NCBI GenBank assembly: GCA_964016885.1
Contig: OZ024741.1
Location: 250,542,001-250,606,000, forward strand
Direction: 5' to 3'
Source of the DNA: Eledone cirrhosa
Lineage: Eukaryota
DNA: 64,000 bases
Position 1 is the first letter of the stretch. Each line of letters starts with the position of its first letter. A program made the position numbers and the translations under genes. Below are positions 39,001-54,312 of the stretch, in pieces. The notes below the pieces were generated by a model. The model made no database searches. It saw only the letters and a program-made list of their open reading frames with translations, and was not told the origin of the DNA.

Positions 39001-41177
39001 TTAAGCGAGTTTCTGATTTAGTTTAAATTTAAATATTTGATGGTCCTTCTAATGGGCTTTAATGGATGTGTAATGTGTTTAATGCAATTTTAATGGGGTT
39101 TAATGGGGGTAGTAGGTTTCAATGTGTTTTAATGGAGTTTTAATGGCTAGTGCTCTTTTTTTTTAGAGTTTTTAATGGTGTTTTTAATGGTTTTTCATTG
39201 AGCTTTTAATTGCGATTTTAATTGCGTTTTTAATCTAGTTTAAAAATTGAGTTTTAATGGGTTTTTCAATTAGGTTTTTAATGGATTTATAATGGTGTTT
39301 TTTACGGATCCTTTAATTTTTTATAATGGGTTTTCAATGCCGTTTTAATGGTGTTTTTTAATGGTATCCTTAATGACGCTTCGATAAGTTTCAATGTTAT
39401 TTTAATGGGGTTTTGATTGATTTTTTAATGGAGTTTTTTTAATGAACTGTTATTGGGGTTTTCAATCAGGTTTTTAACTGAATTTTTAATGTTTTTCAAT
39501 TAGATTTTTTATGGAGTTTTTATGGGCTTTTTAATGAGTTTTTAATGGTGTGCTAATTGAGTTTTCAATTACCTTTTTAATTGAGTATAAAATCGAGTTT
39601 TTACTAAGTTTTTAATGAATTTTTAATGGAATTTTAATGGGGGTTTCCAATGGACTTTTAATTGTGTTTTAATGGGGTTTTAAAATTGGTTTTTAGTTGC
39701 ATTTTTCAGGGGCTTTTAATGGGGCTTAATGGGGGTTTAATGGGGGATTTAATTGAGTTTTTAATGGAGTTTAATAGAGTTTATAATGGAGGTTTTAATG
39801 GAGTTTTTAATGAAGTTTTAATGTAGTTTTTAATGAGGTTTTTAATGACGATTTTAATGGCGTTCTTAATGGCGTTTTAATGGTATTTTATGGCATTTTA
39901 ATGACGGTTGTAATGGTTTTTAATGGAGTGTTAATTGGTTATTAATTGTATTTTAATGGGTTTTATGAGCTTTTTAATGGGCTTTTTAGTGATGTTTTTA
40001 ATGGAGTTTTTAATGGGTCTTTTAATGGAATTTGCAATGTATTTTTTAATGGTGTTTTCAATTGTATTTTTAATGACGTTTTAATGGTGTTTTTTATGGC
40101 GTTTTAATAGGATTTTTAATTGGTTTTTTAAAGGACTATTATTATGGGTTTTTTATGTAATTTTATAATGGGATTTTCAGTAGGGTTTTTAATTGGATTT
40201 TTAATGGAGTTTATAATATGGTTTTTAATTGGATTTTTAAAGAATTTATAATTGCGGTTTTAATATAGTGTTTAATGGAGTATTTAATTGGTTTTTAATG
40301 GTAATTTTAATGGAGTGTTTAATGTGTTTTTAATGGGGGAGAAGGGGGGTAAAATGCAGTTTTTAATTGAGTTATCAATGGAGTTTTTAATGACATTTTT
40401 AATGACGTTTTAATAGCGTTTTATGACGTTTTAATGACGTTTTAATGGTTTTTTTTATTGGGTTTTGGGAGTTTTTATGAGCTTCTAATTAGGTTTTAAA
40501 TGGGGTTTTCAATGAGGTTTTTAGTGGAATTTTTAATGGGCCTTTAATGTATTTTTAATGGGATTTTAATGTTTTTTATGGCGTTTTTAATGGTATTTTA
40601 AATGCTGTTTTAATGTTTCTTTTATGGCCTTTTAATTGGGTTTTTGATTGAGTTTTTAATGGATTTTTTTAACGAGAATTATGAAGTTTAATGGGTTTCC
40701 AGTGTGTTTTAAATGAAGTTTTTGATAATATTTTTAATGGCATTTTAATGGCGGTTATGGGATTTTAATGGGTTCTGGTGGTATTTTTGTGGGTTTTAAT
40801 GGGGTGTTAAATGGTTTTAATGTTGTTTTACTTGCGCTTTCGATTACGTTTATAATTAAGTTTTTACTGTTTTTAATTGGATTTTTAATGGATTTTAATG
40901 TGGTTTTTAATGGAATTTTAATTGTGTTTTAATATAGTTTTTAATGGGTTTCGGATGTAGCTTTTAATGGTGGTTTAGTGTGCTTTTTATTGGGTTTTTA
41001 ATGAGTTTTTATGAGCTTTTCAATGGAGTTTTTAATGGTGTTTATATATATATATATATACATACATATATATGTATATATATATATTTACACATATATA
41101 TGTGTATATATATATGTGTATATATATATTCACACATATATATGTGTATATATATATTTACACATATATATGTGTAT

Positions 41178-41219
<42 letters not shown>

Positions 41220-41397
41220 TTAAATATATATATATATATATATATATTAAATATATATATATATATATATATATTAAATATATATATATATATATTAAAT
41301 ATATATATATATATATATTAAATATATATATATATATATATATTAAATATATATATATATATATATATATTAAATATATATATATATATATATATAT

Positions 41398-41434
<37 letters not shown>

Positions 41435-41633
41435 CACTTTCATGTTACACACTATATATAAACTGGGATTTATATTTTGCGTTAGTGCCATATTAAGCTG
41501 ACAACGATATATTCGTATCTTAAAAAATATTTTTTTTAGATCACATTGTTCTAGATATTATTAAAATTATTAAATCTATTTTCAATTTGCACGAACACTT
41601 GCATATACTACATACATACATTTATATAGACAC

Positions 41634-42027
41634 TAACACAAATATTAGCATATACATAATTTCTTAGTCATTGAGGATGTGTTTTTATACATACATATGC
41701 ATATTGCATACATACATACATACACACATACAAGCATATACATAGACATACACACACACATATATACACACACTGTATATATATATATACATACACACAC
41801 ACACACATATATATATACACACACACACTATATATATATATAGTGTGTGGTGTATATATATATATGTGTGTGTGTGTATGTATATATATACAGTGTGTGT
41901 ATATATATGTGTGTGTATGTGTATGTATATGCTTGTATGTGTGTATGTATGGATGCAATATGCATATGTATGTATAAAAAACACATCCTCAATTACTAAG
42001 AAAATATGTATATGCTAATATTTGTGT

Positions 42028-42029
<2 letters not shown>
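41634..42029. repeat. ~400 bp palindrome, unit 7
   Basis: Same arms as 2296-2693. Confidence 0.93.
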
Positions 42030-42059
<30 letters not shown>

Positions 42060-42121
42060 CGCACACACTATATATATATATATATATACATACACACTAT
42101 ATATATATATATACACACACA

Positions 42122-42169
<48 letters not shown>

Positions 42170-45100
42170 AATCCCATTAAAAACCACATTAAAAATTCAA
42201 TTAAAAATCTATTTTGAAAAACCCATTAAAAACCCCATTATAAGCTCATAAAACACTCCATTAAAACCCCAACCAAACCCCCCATTAAAACACAATTAAA
42301 ACATCATTAAGAATGCCAATAAAAGCGCCATTAAAAACCACATTGGAAACCCATAAAAACCCAATTAAAACAAAATTAAAGTTTCCATTAAAAGTCCCCA
42401 TTAAAACTCCATTAAAACCCCCATTAAACCCCCCTCGAAAAGACATTAAAACCTCAAATTTAAACCGAAATAAAAACTCAATTAAAACGCAATTAAAAAC
42501 TCAATTAAAACACCATTAAAAACACAATTAAAAGCCCATTAAACCAATTAAAATTGCATTAACACACCACTAAGGTTCCATTGGAAAACCATTAAAAATG
42601 TCATTAAAAACTACACTGAAAACCCATTAAACCCCATTAAAAGCGCACCCAAAACTATATAAAAAACCAAATAAAAACCCCATTAAAATACCATTAAAAC
42701 GGCATAAAACACCATTAAAACTACATTAAAACTCAATTAAAAATTCCATTTAAATCTCCATTATAAACATAATTAAAACTCCATTAAAACTCAATTAAAA
42801 ACTCCATTAAAAACACACACACATGAAGTTACATGCTGGCTTGCACACTTATAGCGATTGCTATTTCCTTTTAATTTCATTAAAACTAGGATGTTTTAGA
42901 AAGATAAAAACAAAACTGAATAATGAAGAGACTAGGGAGGGGTAAAGAAAGGCAGATCAGGCTGTAGAGGACAGTAGGGGGAGAAGAGGGAAGAGACTTG
43001 GGAGGGGTAAAGAAAGGCAGATCTGGCTGTAGAGGACAGTAGGGGGAGAAGAGGGAGAAATAAACTAAATTATAAACTAAGTTATAAACTAAATTATAAA
43101 CTAAATTAAAAACTTAATAAAATAAAATAAAATAAAATAAAATAAAATAAAATAAAATAAAATAAAATAAAATAAAATAAAAAAAATAAAAAAAAAAAAA
43201 ATAAAATAAAATTAAAAAAAAAAAAAAAAAAAAAAAATAAAATAAAATAAAAAAAACTAAAAAATATAAATAAAATAAAATAAAATAAATAAAATAAAAT
43301 AAAATAAAATAAAATAAAATAAATAAAAATAAAATAAAATAAAAAAAAATAAAAAAAAATTAAATATAAAAAATAAATAAAATAAAATAAAATAAGAACT
43401 CAATTAAAAACTCAGTAAAAACTCAATTAAAAACTCAATTAAAAACTCAATCGAAGCACCATTAAAACACCATTAAAAACTCCACTATAAACCCACTAAA
43501 CCCATTAAAAACCAATTAAAAATTCAATTACACATCCCATTAGAAATTTCATTAAAAACTCAATTAAAAGTTCCATTGAAAACACATTCAAAACCCATTA
43601 ACCCCATATTAAAAGTTCATAAAACTCTATTTAAAACCCAATAACAAACCAATTAAAACGCCATTAAAACGCCACAAAACACAATAAAATGTCATAAAAA
43701 CGCCATTAAAACATCACAAAAAGCCCAATTAAAAAACCATTAATAATGTCATTAAAAATTCCATAAAAATCCATTAAAAACTCCACTAAAAGCCCATTAA
43801 AAAGTTCATTAAAAGCCATATTATAAATTTCATAAAAAACAATTGAAAACCCCATTATTTATGAGCCTTTTTTATGAGTTTTTAATAGTGTTTTAATTCA
43901 GTTTTTAATTGCGTTTAAAATTGGGTTTTAATGGCTTTTTAATGGTGTTTTAATGGAATTTTAATGTGATTTTCGATGGTGTTTAATGGGTTTTTTATGG
44001 AGTTTTTAATTGGGTTTTCAATGGTGTTGTTTATGAGTTTTTAAATGGGTTTTTAATGGAATTTTTGATTGCGTTTTTAATGAAATTTTTAATAGATTCA
44101 AGGATGTTTTAATGGAGTTTTTAATGGTCTTTTTAATGGCGTTTTAATTGTGTTTTTATGGTGTTTAAATGCGTTTTAATGATTTTTAATTGGGTTTTTA
44201 ATGGAGTATTTTTAATGAGCTCTTAATGGATTTTTCAATTGGATACTTAATGGGTTTTAATGGAATTTATAATAAGGGTTCTAATTGACTTTAAATATGA
44301 TTTTTAATGGAGTTTTTAATGAAATTTCTAATGGTGTTTTTAATTGCGTTCCCCCCCGTGAGGGTTTTAATGGCATTTTAAATGACATTTTAATGAGTTT
44401 TTATGATGTTTTAATGGCGTTGTAATTGTTTTTTATTGGGTTTTTAATATAATTTTGTATGAGCTTTTAATGGGGGTTTTCAATGTTGTTTTTAATGGAG
44501 TGTTTAATGGAATTTTAATGGGGGTTTGATAAAAAAATTAATTGCTTTTTAATTTAATTTTTAATGCGTTTTTGATGGTGTTTAAGTGCGTTCATGATGA
44601 TCTTTTTAATGGATTTTTAATGGGGTTTTAATTGAATTTTTAATGGTGTTTTCAATGTAATTTTTAATGATAGTTTAATGGTGTTTTAATGACGTTTTAA
44701 TTGTGTTTTTTATGGTGTTTTAGTGACGTTTAAATAGGATTTTTAATTGGTTTTTTAATTGAGTATTTATATGAGTTTTCACTGGTGTTTTTAATGGGTT
44801 TTTCAATATTGCATTTAATGAAATTTTTAATATGGTTTCAAATGGAATTTTTAATGTGTTTTTAATTGGGTTTCTAGTGACGTTTTTAATGGTACTTTAA
44901 ATGACGTTTTAATGACTTTTATGGCGTTTTAATGGGTTTTTTAATTGGGTTTTTAATGTAGTTTTTTAAAAGATCTTTACTTGGGATTTTATGGGTTTTC
45001 AATGCGGTTTTTAATGGTATATTAATGGAGTTTTTGGTGTGGTTGTTAATGGTATTAGTGACATTTTAATGTGTTTTTAATGGTGTTTTAAGCGAGTTTC

Positions 45101-47264
45101 TGATTTAGTTTAAATTTAAATATTTGATGGTCCTTCTAATGGGCTTTAATGGATGTGTAATGTGTTTAATGCAATTTTAATGGGGTTTAATGGGGGTAGT
45201 AGGTTTCAATGTGTTTTAATGGAGTTTTAATGGCTAGTGCTCTTTTTCTTTTAGAGTTTTTAATGGTGTTTTTAATGGTTTTTCATTGAGCTTTTAATTG
45301 CGATTTTAATTGCGTTTTTAATCTAGTTTAAAAATTGAGTTTTAATGGGTTTTTCAATTAGGTTTTTAATGGATTTATAATGGTGTTTTTTACGGATCCT
45401 TTAATTTTTTATAATGGGTTTTCAATGCCGTTTTAATGGTGTTTTTTAATGGTATCCTTAATGACGCTTCGATAAGTTTCAATGTTATTTTAATGGGGTT
45501 TTGATTGATTTTTTAATGGAGTTTTTTTAATGAACTGTTATTGGGGTTTTCAATCAGGTTTTTAACTGAATTTTTAATGTTTTTCAATTAGATTTTTTAT
45601 GGAGTTTTTATGGGCTTTTTAATGAGTTTTTAATGGTGTGCTAATTGAGTTTTCAATTACCTTTTTAATTGAGTATAAAATCGAGTTTTTACTAAGTTTT
45701 TAATGAATTTTTAATGGAATTTTAATGGGGGTTTCCAATGGACTTTTAATTGTGTTTTAATGGGGTTTTAAAATTGGTTTTTAGTTGCATTTTTCAGGGG
45801 CTTTTAATGGGGCTTAATGGGGGTTTAATGGGGGATTTAATTGAGTTTTTAATGGAGTTTAATAGAGTTTATAATGGAGGTTTTAATGGAGTTTTTAATG
45901 AAGTTTTAATGTAGTTTTTAATGAGGTTTTTAATGACGATTTTAATGGCGTTCTTAATGGCGTTTTAATGGTATTTTATGGCATTTTAATGACGGTTGTA
46001 ATGGTTTTTAATGGAGTGTTAATTGGTTATTAATTGTATTTTAATGGGTTTTATGAGCTTTTTAATGGGCTTTTTAGTGATGTTTTTAATGGAGTTTTTA
46101 ATGGGTCTTTTAATGGAATTTGCAATGTATTTTTTAATGGTGTTTTCAATTGTATTTTTAATGACGTTTTAATGGTGTTTTTTATGGCGTTTTAATAGGA
46201 TTTTAAATTGGTTTTTTAAAGGACTATTATTATGGGTTTTTTATGTAATTTTATAATGGGATTTTCAGTAGGGTTTTTAATTGGATTTTTAATGGAGTTT
46301 ATAATATGGTTTTTAATTGGATTTTTAAAGAATTTATAATTGCGGTTTTAATATAGTGTTTAATGGAGTATTTAATTGGTTTTTAATGGTAATTTTAATG
46401 GAGTGTTTAATGTGTTTTTAATGGGGGAGGAGGGGGGTAAAATGCAGTTTTTAATTGAGTTATCAATGGAGTTTTTAATGACATTTTTTATGACGTTTTA
46501 ATAGCGTTTTATGACGTTTTAATGACGTTTTAATGGTTTTTTTATTGGGTTTTGGGAGTTTTTATGAGCTTCTAATTAGGTTTTAAATGGGTTTTCAATG
46601 AGGTTTTTAGTGGAATTTTTAATGGGCCTTTAATGTATTTTTAATGGGATTTTAATGTTTTTTATGGCGTTTTTAATGGTATTTTAAATGCTGTTTTAAT
46701 GTTTCTTTTATGGCCTTTTAATTGGGTTTTTGATTGAGTTTTTAATGGATTTTTTTTAACGAGAATTATGAAGTTTAATGGGTTTCCAGTGTGTTTTAAA
46801 TGAAGTTTTTGATAATATTTTTAATGGAATTTTAATGGCGGTTATGGGATTTTAATGGGTTCTGGTGGTATTTTTGTGGGTTTTAATGGGGTGTTAAATG
46901 GTTTTAATGTTGTTTTACTTGCGCTTTCGATTACGTTTATAATTAAGTTTTTACTGTTTTTAATTGGATTTTTAATGGATTTTAATGTGGTTTTTAATGG
47001 AATTTTAATTGTGTTTTAATATAGTTTTTAATGGGTTTCGGATGTAGCTTTTAATGGTGGTTTAGTGTGCTTTTTATTGGGTTTTTAATGAGTTTTTATG
47101 AGCTTTTCAATGGAGTTTTTAATGGTGTTTATATATATATATATATACATACATATATATGTATATATATATATTTACACATATATATGTGTATATATAT
47201 ATGTGTATATATATATTCACACATATATATGTGTATATATATATTTACACATATATATGTGTAT

Positions 47265-47308
<44 letters not shown>

Positions 47309-47338
47309 TTAAATATATATATATATATATATATATAT

Positions 47339-47373
<35 letters not shown>

Positions 47374-47465
47374 TATATATATATATATATCAAATATATA
47401 TATATATATATATATATTAAATATATATATATATATTAAATATATATATATATATATATATATAT

Positions 47466-47502
<37 letters not shown>

Positions 47503-47701
47503 CACTTTCATGTTACACACTATATATAAACTGGGATTTATATTTTGCGTTAGTGCCATATTAAGCTGACAACGATATATTCGTATCTTAAAAAATATTT
47601 TTTTTAGATCACATTGTTCTAGATATTATTAAAATTATTAAATCTATTTTCAATTTGCACGAACACTTGCATATACTACATACATACATTTATATAGACA
47701 C

Positions 47702-48095
47702 TAACACAAATATTAGCATATACATAATTTCTTAGTCATTGAGGATGTGTTTTTATACATACATATGCATATTGCATACATACATACATACACACATACA
47801 AGCATATACATAGACATACACACACACATATATACACACACTGTATATATATATATACATACACACACACACACATATATATATACACACACACACTATA
47901 TATATATATAGTGTGTGGTGTATATATATATATGTGTGTGTGTGTATGTATATATATACAGTGTGTGTATATATATGTGTGTGTATGTGTATGTATATGC
48001 TTGTATGTGTGTATGTATGGATGCAATATGCATATGTATGTATAAAAAACACATCCTCAATTACTAAGAAAATATGTATATGCTAATATTTGTGT

Positions 48096-48097
<2 letters not shown>
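47702..48097. repeat. ~400 bp palindrome, unit 8
   Basis: Same arms as 2296-2693. Confidence 0.93.
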
Positions 48098-48127
<30 letters not shown>

Positions 48128-48186
48128 CGCACACACTATATATATATATATACATACACACTATATATATATATATACACACACAC

Positions 48187-48239
<53 letters not shown>

Positions 48240-51200
48240 AATCCCATTAAAAACCACATTAAAAATTCAATTAAAAATCTATTTTGAAAAACCCATTAAA
48301 AACCCCATTATAAGCTCATAAAACACTCCATTAAAACCCCAACCAAACCCCCCATTAAAACACAATTAAAACATCATTAAGAATGCCAATAAAAGCGCCA
48401 TTAAAAACCACATTGGAAACCCATAAAAACCCAATTAAAACAAAATTAAAGTTTCCATTAAAAGTCCCCATTAAAACTCCATTAAAACCCCCATTAACCC
48501 CCACTCGAAAAGACATTAAAACCTCAAATTTAAACCGAAATAAAAACTCAATTAAAACGCAATTAAAAACTCAATTAAAACACCATTAAAAACACAATTA
48601 AAAGCCCATTAAACCAATTAAAATTGCATTAACACACCACTAAGGTTCCATTGGAAAACCATTAAAAATGTCATTAAAAACTACACTGAAAACCCATTAA
48701 ACCCCTATTAAAAGCGCACCCAAAACTTTATAAAAAACCAAATAAAAACCCCATTAAAATACCATTAAAACGGCATAAAACACCATTAAAACTACATTAA
48801 AACTCAATTAAAAATTCCATTTAAATCTCCATTATAAACTCAATTAAAACTCCATTAAAACTCAATTAAAAACTCCATTAAAAACACACACACATGAAGT
48901 TACATGCTGGCTTGCACACTTATAGCGATTGCTATTTCCTTTTAATTTCATTAAAACTAGGATGTTTTAGAAAGATAAAAACAAAACTGAATAATGAAGA
49001 GACTAGGGAGGGGTAAAGAAAGGCAGATCAGGCTGTAGAGGACAGTAGGGGGAGAAGAGGGAAGAGACTTGGGAGGGGTAAAGAAAGGCAGATCTGGCTG
49101 TAGAGGACAGTAGGGGGAGAAGAGGGAGAAATAAACTAAATTATAAACTAAGTTATAAACTAAATTATAAACTAAATTAAAAACTCAATAAAATAAAATA
49201 AAATAAAATAAAAAAAAATAAAATAAAATAAAATAAAATAAAATAAAATAAAATAAAATAAAATAAAATAAAATAAAATAAAAAAAAATAAAATAAAATA
49301 AAATAAAAAAAACTAAAAAATATAAATAAAATAAAATAAAATAAATAAAATAAAATAAAATAAAATAAAATAAAATAAAATAAATAAAAATAAAATAAAA
49401 TAAAAAAAAATAAAAAAAAATTAAATATAAAAAATAAATAAAATAAAATAAAATAAGAACTCAATTAAAAACTCAGTAAAAACTCAATTAAAAACTCAAT
49501 TAAAAACTCAATCGAAGCACCATTAAAACACCATTAAAAACTCCACTATAAACCCACTAAACCCATTAAAAACCAATTAAAAATTCAATTACACATCCCA
49601 TTAGAAATTTCATTAAAAACTCAATTAAAAGTTCCATTGAAAACACATTCAAAACCCATTAACCCCATATTAAAAGTTCATAAAACTCTATTAAAAACCC
49701 AATAACAAACCAATTAAAACGCCATTAAAACGCCACAAAACACAATAAAATGTCATAAAAACGCCATTAAAACATCACAAAAAGCCCAACTAAAAAACCA
49801 TTAATAATGTCATTAAAAATTCCATAAAAATCCATTAAAAACTCCACTAAAAGCCCATTAAAAAGTTCATTAAAAGCCATATTATAAATTTCATAAAAAG
49901 CAATTGAAAACCCCATTATTTATGAGCCTTTTTTATGAGTTTTTAATAGTGTTTTAATTCAGTTTTTAATTGCGTTTAAAATTGGGTTTTAATGGCTTTT
50001 TAATGGTTTTTTAATGGAATTTTAATGGGATTTTCGATGGTGTTTAATGGGTTTTTATGGAGTTTTTAATTGGGTTTTCAATGGTGTTGTTTATGAGTTT
50101 TTAAATGGGTTTTTAATGGAATTTTTGATTGCGTTTTTAATGAAATTTTTAATAGATTCAAGGATGTTTTAATGGAGTTTTTAATGGTCTTTTTAATGGC
50201 GTTTTAATTGTGTTTTTATGGTGTTTAAATGCGTTTTAATGATTTTTAATTGGGTTTTTAATGGAGTATTTTTAATGAGCTCTTAATGGATTTTTCAATT
50301 GGATACTTAATGGGTTTAAATGGAATTTACAATAAGGGTTCTAATTGACTTTAAATATGATTTTTAATGGAGTTTTTAATGAAATTTCTAATGGTGTTTT
50401 TAATTGCGTTCCCCCCCCGTGAGGGTTTTAATGGCATTTTAAATGACATTTTAATGAGTTTTTATGATGTTTTAATGGCGTTGTAATTGTTTTTTATTGG
50501 GTTTTTAATATAATTTTGTATGAGCTTTTAATGGGGGTTTTCAATGTTGTTTTTAATGGAGTGTTTAATGGAATTTTAATGGGGGTTTGATAAAAAAAAT
50601 TAATTGCTTTTTAATTTAATTTTTAATGCGTTTTTGATGGTGTTTAAGTGCGTTCATGATGATCTTTTTAATGGATTTTTAATGGGGTTTTAATTGAATT
50701 TTTAATGGTGTTTTCAATGTAATTTTTAATGATAGTTTAATGGTGTTTTAATGACGTTTTAATTGTGTTTTTTATGGTGTTTTAGTGACGTTTAAATAGG
50801 ATTTTTAATTGGTTTTTTAATTGAGTATTTATATGAGTTTTCACTGGTGTTTTTAATGGGTTTTTCAATATTGCATTTAATGAAATTTTTAATATGGTTT
50901 CAAATGGAATTTTTAATGTGTTTTTAATTGGGTTTCTAGTGACGTTTTTAATGGTACTTTAAATGACGTTTTAATGACTTTTATGGCGTTTTAATGGGTT
51001 TTTTAATTGGGTTTTTAATGTAGTTTTTTAAAAGATCTTTACTTGGGATTTTATGGGTTTTCAATGCGGTTTTTAATGGTATATTAATGGAGTTTTTGGT
51101 GTGGTTGTTAATGGTATTAGTGACATTTTAATGTGTTTTTAATGGTGTTTTAAGCGAGTTTCTGATTTAGTTTAAATTTAAATATTTGATGGTCCTTCTA

Positions 51201-53320
51201 ATGGGCTTTAATGGATGTGTAATGTGTTTAATGCAATTTTAATGGGGTTTAATGGGGGTAGTAGGTTTCAATGTGTTTTAATGGAGTTTTAATGGCTAGT
51301 GCTCTTTTTTTAAGAGTTTTTAATGGTGTTTTTAATGGTTTTTCATTGAGCTTTTAATTGCGTTTTTAATTGCGTTTTTAATCTAGTTTAAAAATTGAGT
51401 TTTAATGGGTTTTTCAATTAGGTTTTTAATGGATTTATAATGGTGTTTTTTACGGATCCTTTAATTTTTTATAATGGGTTTTCAATGCCGTTTTAATGGT
51501 GTTTTTTAATTGTATCCTTAATGACGCTTCGATAAGTTTCAATGTTATTTTAATGGGGTTTTGATTGATTTTTTAATGGAGTTTTTTTAATGAACTTTTA
51601 TTGGGTTTTCAATCAGGTTTTTAACTGAATTTTTAATGTTTTTCAATTAGATTTTTTATGGAGTTTTTATGGGCTTTTTAATGAGTTTTTAATGGTGTGC
51701 TAATTGAGTTTTCAATTACCTTTTTAATTGAGTATAAAATCGAGTTTTTACTAAGTTTTTAATGAATTTTTAATGGAATTTTAATGGGGGTTTCCAATGG
51801 ACTTTTAATTGTGTTTTAATGGGGTTTTAAAATTGGTTTTTAGTTGCATTTTTCAGGGGCTTTTAATGGGGCTTAATGGGGGTTTAATGGGGGATTTAAT
51901 TGAGTTTTTAATGGAGTTTAATAGAGTTTATAATGGAGGTTTTAATGGAGATTTTAATGAAGTTTTAATGTAGTTTTTAATGAGGTTTTTAATGACGATT
52001 TTAATGGCGTTCTTAATGGCGTTTTAATGGTATTTTATGGCATTTTAATGACGGTTGTAATGGTTTTTAATGGAGTGTTAATTGGTTATTAATTGTATTT
52101 TAATGGGTTTTATGAGCTTTTTAATGGGTTTTTTAGTGATGTTTTTAATGGAGTTTATAATGGGTCTTTTAATGGAATTTGCAATGTATTTTTTAATGGT
52201 GTTTTCAATTGTATTTTTAATGACGTTTTAATGGTGTTTTTTATGGCGTTTTAATAGGATTTTTAATTGGTTTTTTAAAGGACTATTATTATGGGTTTTT
52301 TATGTAATTTTATAATGGGATTTTCAGTAGGGTTTTTAATTGGATTTTTAATGGAGTTTATAATATGGTTTTTAATTGGATTTTTAAAGAATTTATAATT
52401 GCGGTTTTAATATAGTGTTTAATGGAGTATTTAATTGGTTTTTAATGGTAATTTTAATGGAGTGTTTAATGTGTTTTTAATGGGGGAGGAGGGGGGTAAA
52501 ATGCAGTTTTTAATTGAGTTATCAATGGAGTTTTTAATGAAATTTTTTATGACGTTTTAATAGCGTTTTATGACGTTTTAATGACGTTTTAATGGTTTTT
52601 TTATTGGGTTTTGGGAGTTTTTATGAGCTTCTAATTAGGTTTTAAATGGGGTTTTCAATGAGGTTTTTAGTGGAATTTTTAATGGGCCTTTAATGTATTT
52701 TTAATGGGATTTTAATGTTTTTTATGGCGTTTTAATGGTATTTTAAATGCTGTTTTAATGTTTCTTTTATGGCCTTTTAATTGGGTTTTTGATTGAGTTT
52801 TTAATGGATTTTTTTAACGAGAATTATGAAGTTTAATGGGTTTCCAGTGTGTTTTAAATGAAGTTTTTGATAATATTTTTAATGGAATTTTAATGGCGGT
52901 TATGGGATTTTAATGGGTTCTGGTGGTATTTTTGTGGGTTTTAATGGGGTGTTAAATGGTTTTAATGTTGTTTTACTTGCGCTTTCGATTACGTTTACAA
53001 TTAAGTTTTTACTGTTTTTAATTGGATTTTTAATGGATTTTAATGTGGTTTTTAATGGAATTTTAATGGTGTTTTAATATAGTTTTTAATGGGTTTCGGA
53101 TGTAGCTTTTAATGGTGGTTTAGTGTGCTTTTTATTGGGTTTTTAATGAGTTTTTATGAGCTTTTCAATGGAGTTTTTAATGGTGTTTATATATATATAT
53201 ATACATACATATATATGTATATATATATATTTACACATATATATGTGTATATATATATGTGTATATATATATTTACACATATATATGTGTATATATATAT
53301 TTACACATATATATGTGTAT

Positions 53321-53358
<38 letters not shown>

Positions 53359-53359
53359 T

Positions 53360-53398
<39 letters not shown>

Positions 53399-53776
53399 TA
53401 TATATATATATATATATTAAATATATATATATATATATATATTAAATATATATATATATATATATATATTAAATATATATATATATATATATATATTAAA
53501 TATATATATATATATATATATTAAATATATATATATATATATATATATTAAATATATATATATATATATATATATTCCACTTTCATGTTACACACTATAT
53601 ATAAACTGGGATTTATATTTTGCGTTAGTGCCATATTAAGCTGACAACGATATATTCGTATCTTAAAAAATATTTTTTTTAGATCACATTGTTCTAGATA
53701 TTATTAAAATTATTAAATCTATTTTCAATTTGCACGAACACTTGCATATACTACATACATACATTTATATAGACAC

Positions 53777-54170
53777 TAACACAAATATTAGCATATACAT
53801 AATTTCTTAGTCATTGAGGATGTGTTTTTATACATACATATGCATATTGCATACATACATACATACACACATACAAGCATATACATAGACATACACACAC
53901 ACATATATACACACACTGTATATATATATATACATACACACACACACACATATATATATACACACACACACTATATATATATATAGTGTGTGGTGTATAT
54001 ATATATATGTGTGTGTGTGTATGTATATATATACAGTGTGTGTATATATATGTGTGTGTATGTGTATGTATATGCTTGTATGTGTGTATGTATGGATGCA
54101 ATATGCATATGTATGTATAAAAAACACATCCTCAATTACTAAGAAAATATGTATATGCTAATATTTGTGT

Positions 54171-54172
<2 letters not shown>
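53777..54172. repeat. ~400 bp palindrome, unit 9
   Basis: Same arms as 2296-2693. Confidence 0.93.
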
Positions 54173-54202
<30 letters not shown>

Positions 54203-54261
54203 CGCACACACTATATATATATATATACATACACACTATATATATATATATACACACACAC

Positions 54262-54312
<51 letters not shown>

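Noticed and set aside
31030-43240. Conversion of (AAAAT)n to pure poly-A stretches in units 5-7
   Set aside because: Plausibly long-read consensus errors in low-complexity sequence; it cannot be treated as biological without read-level support.
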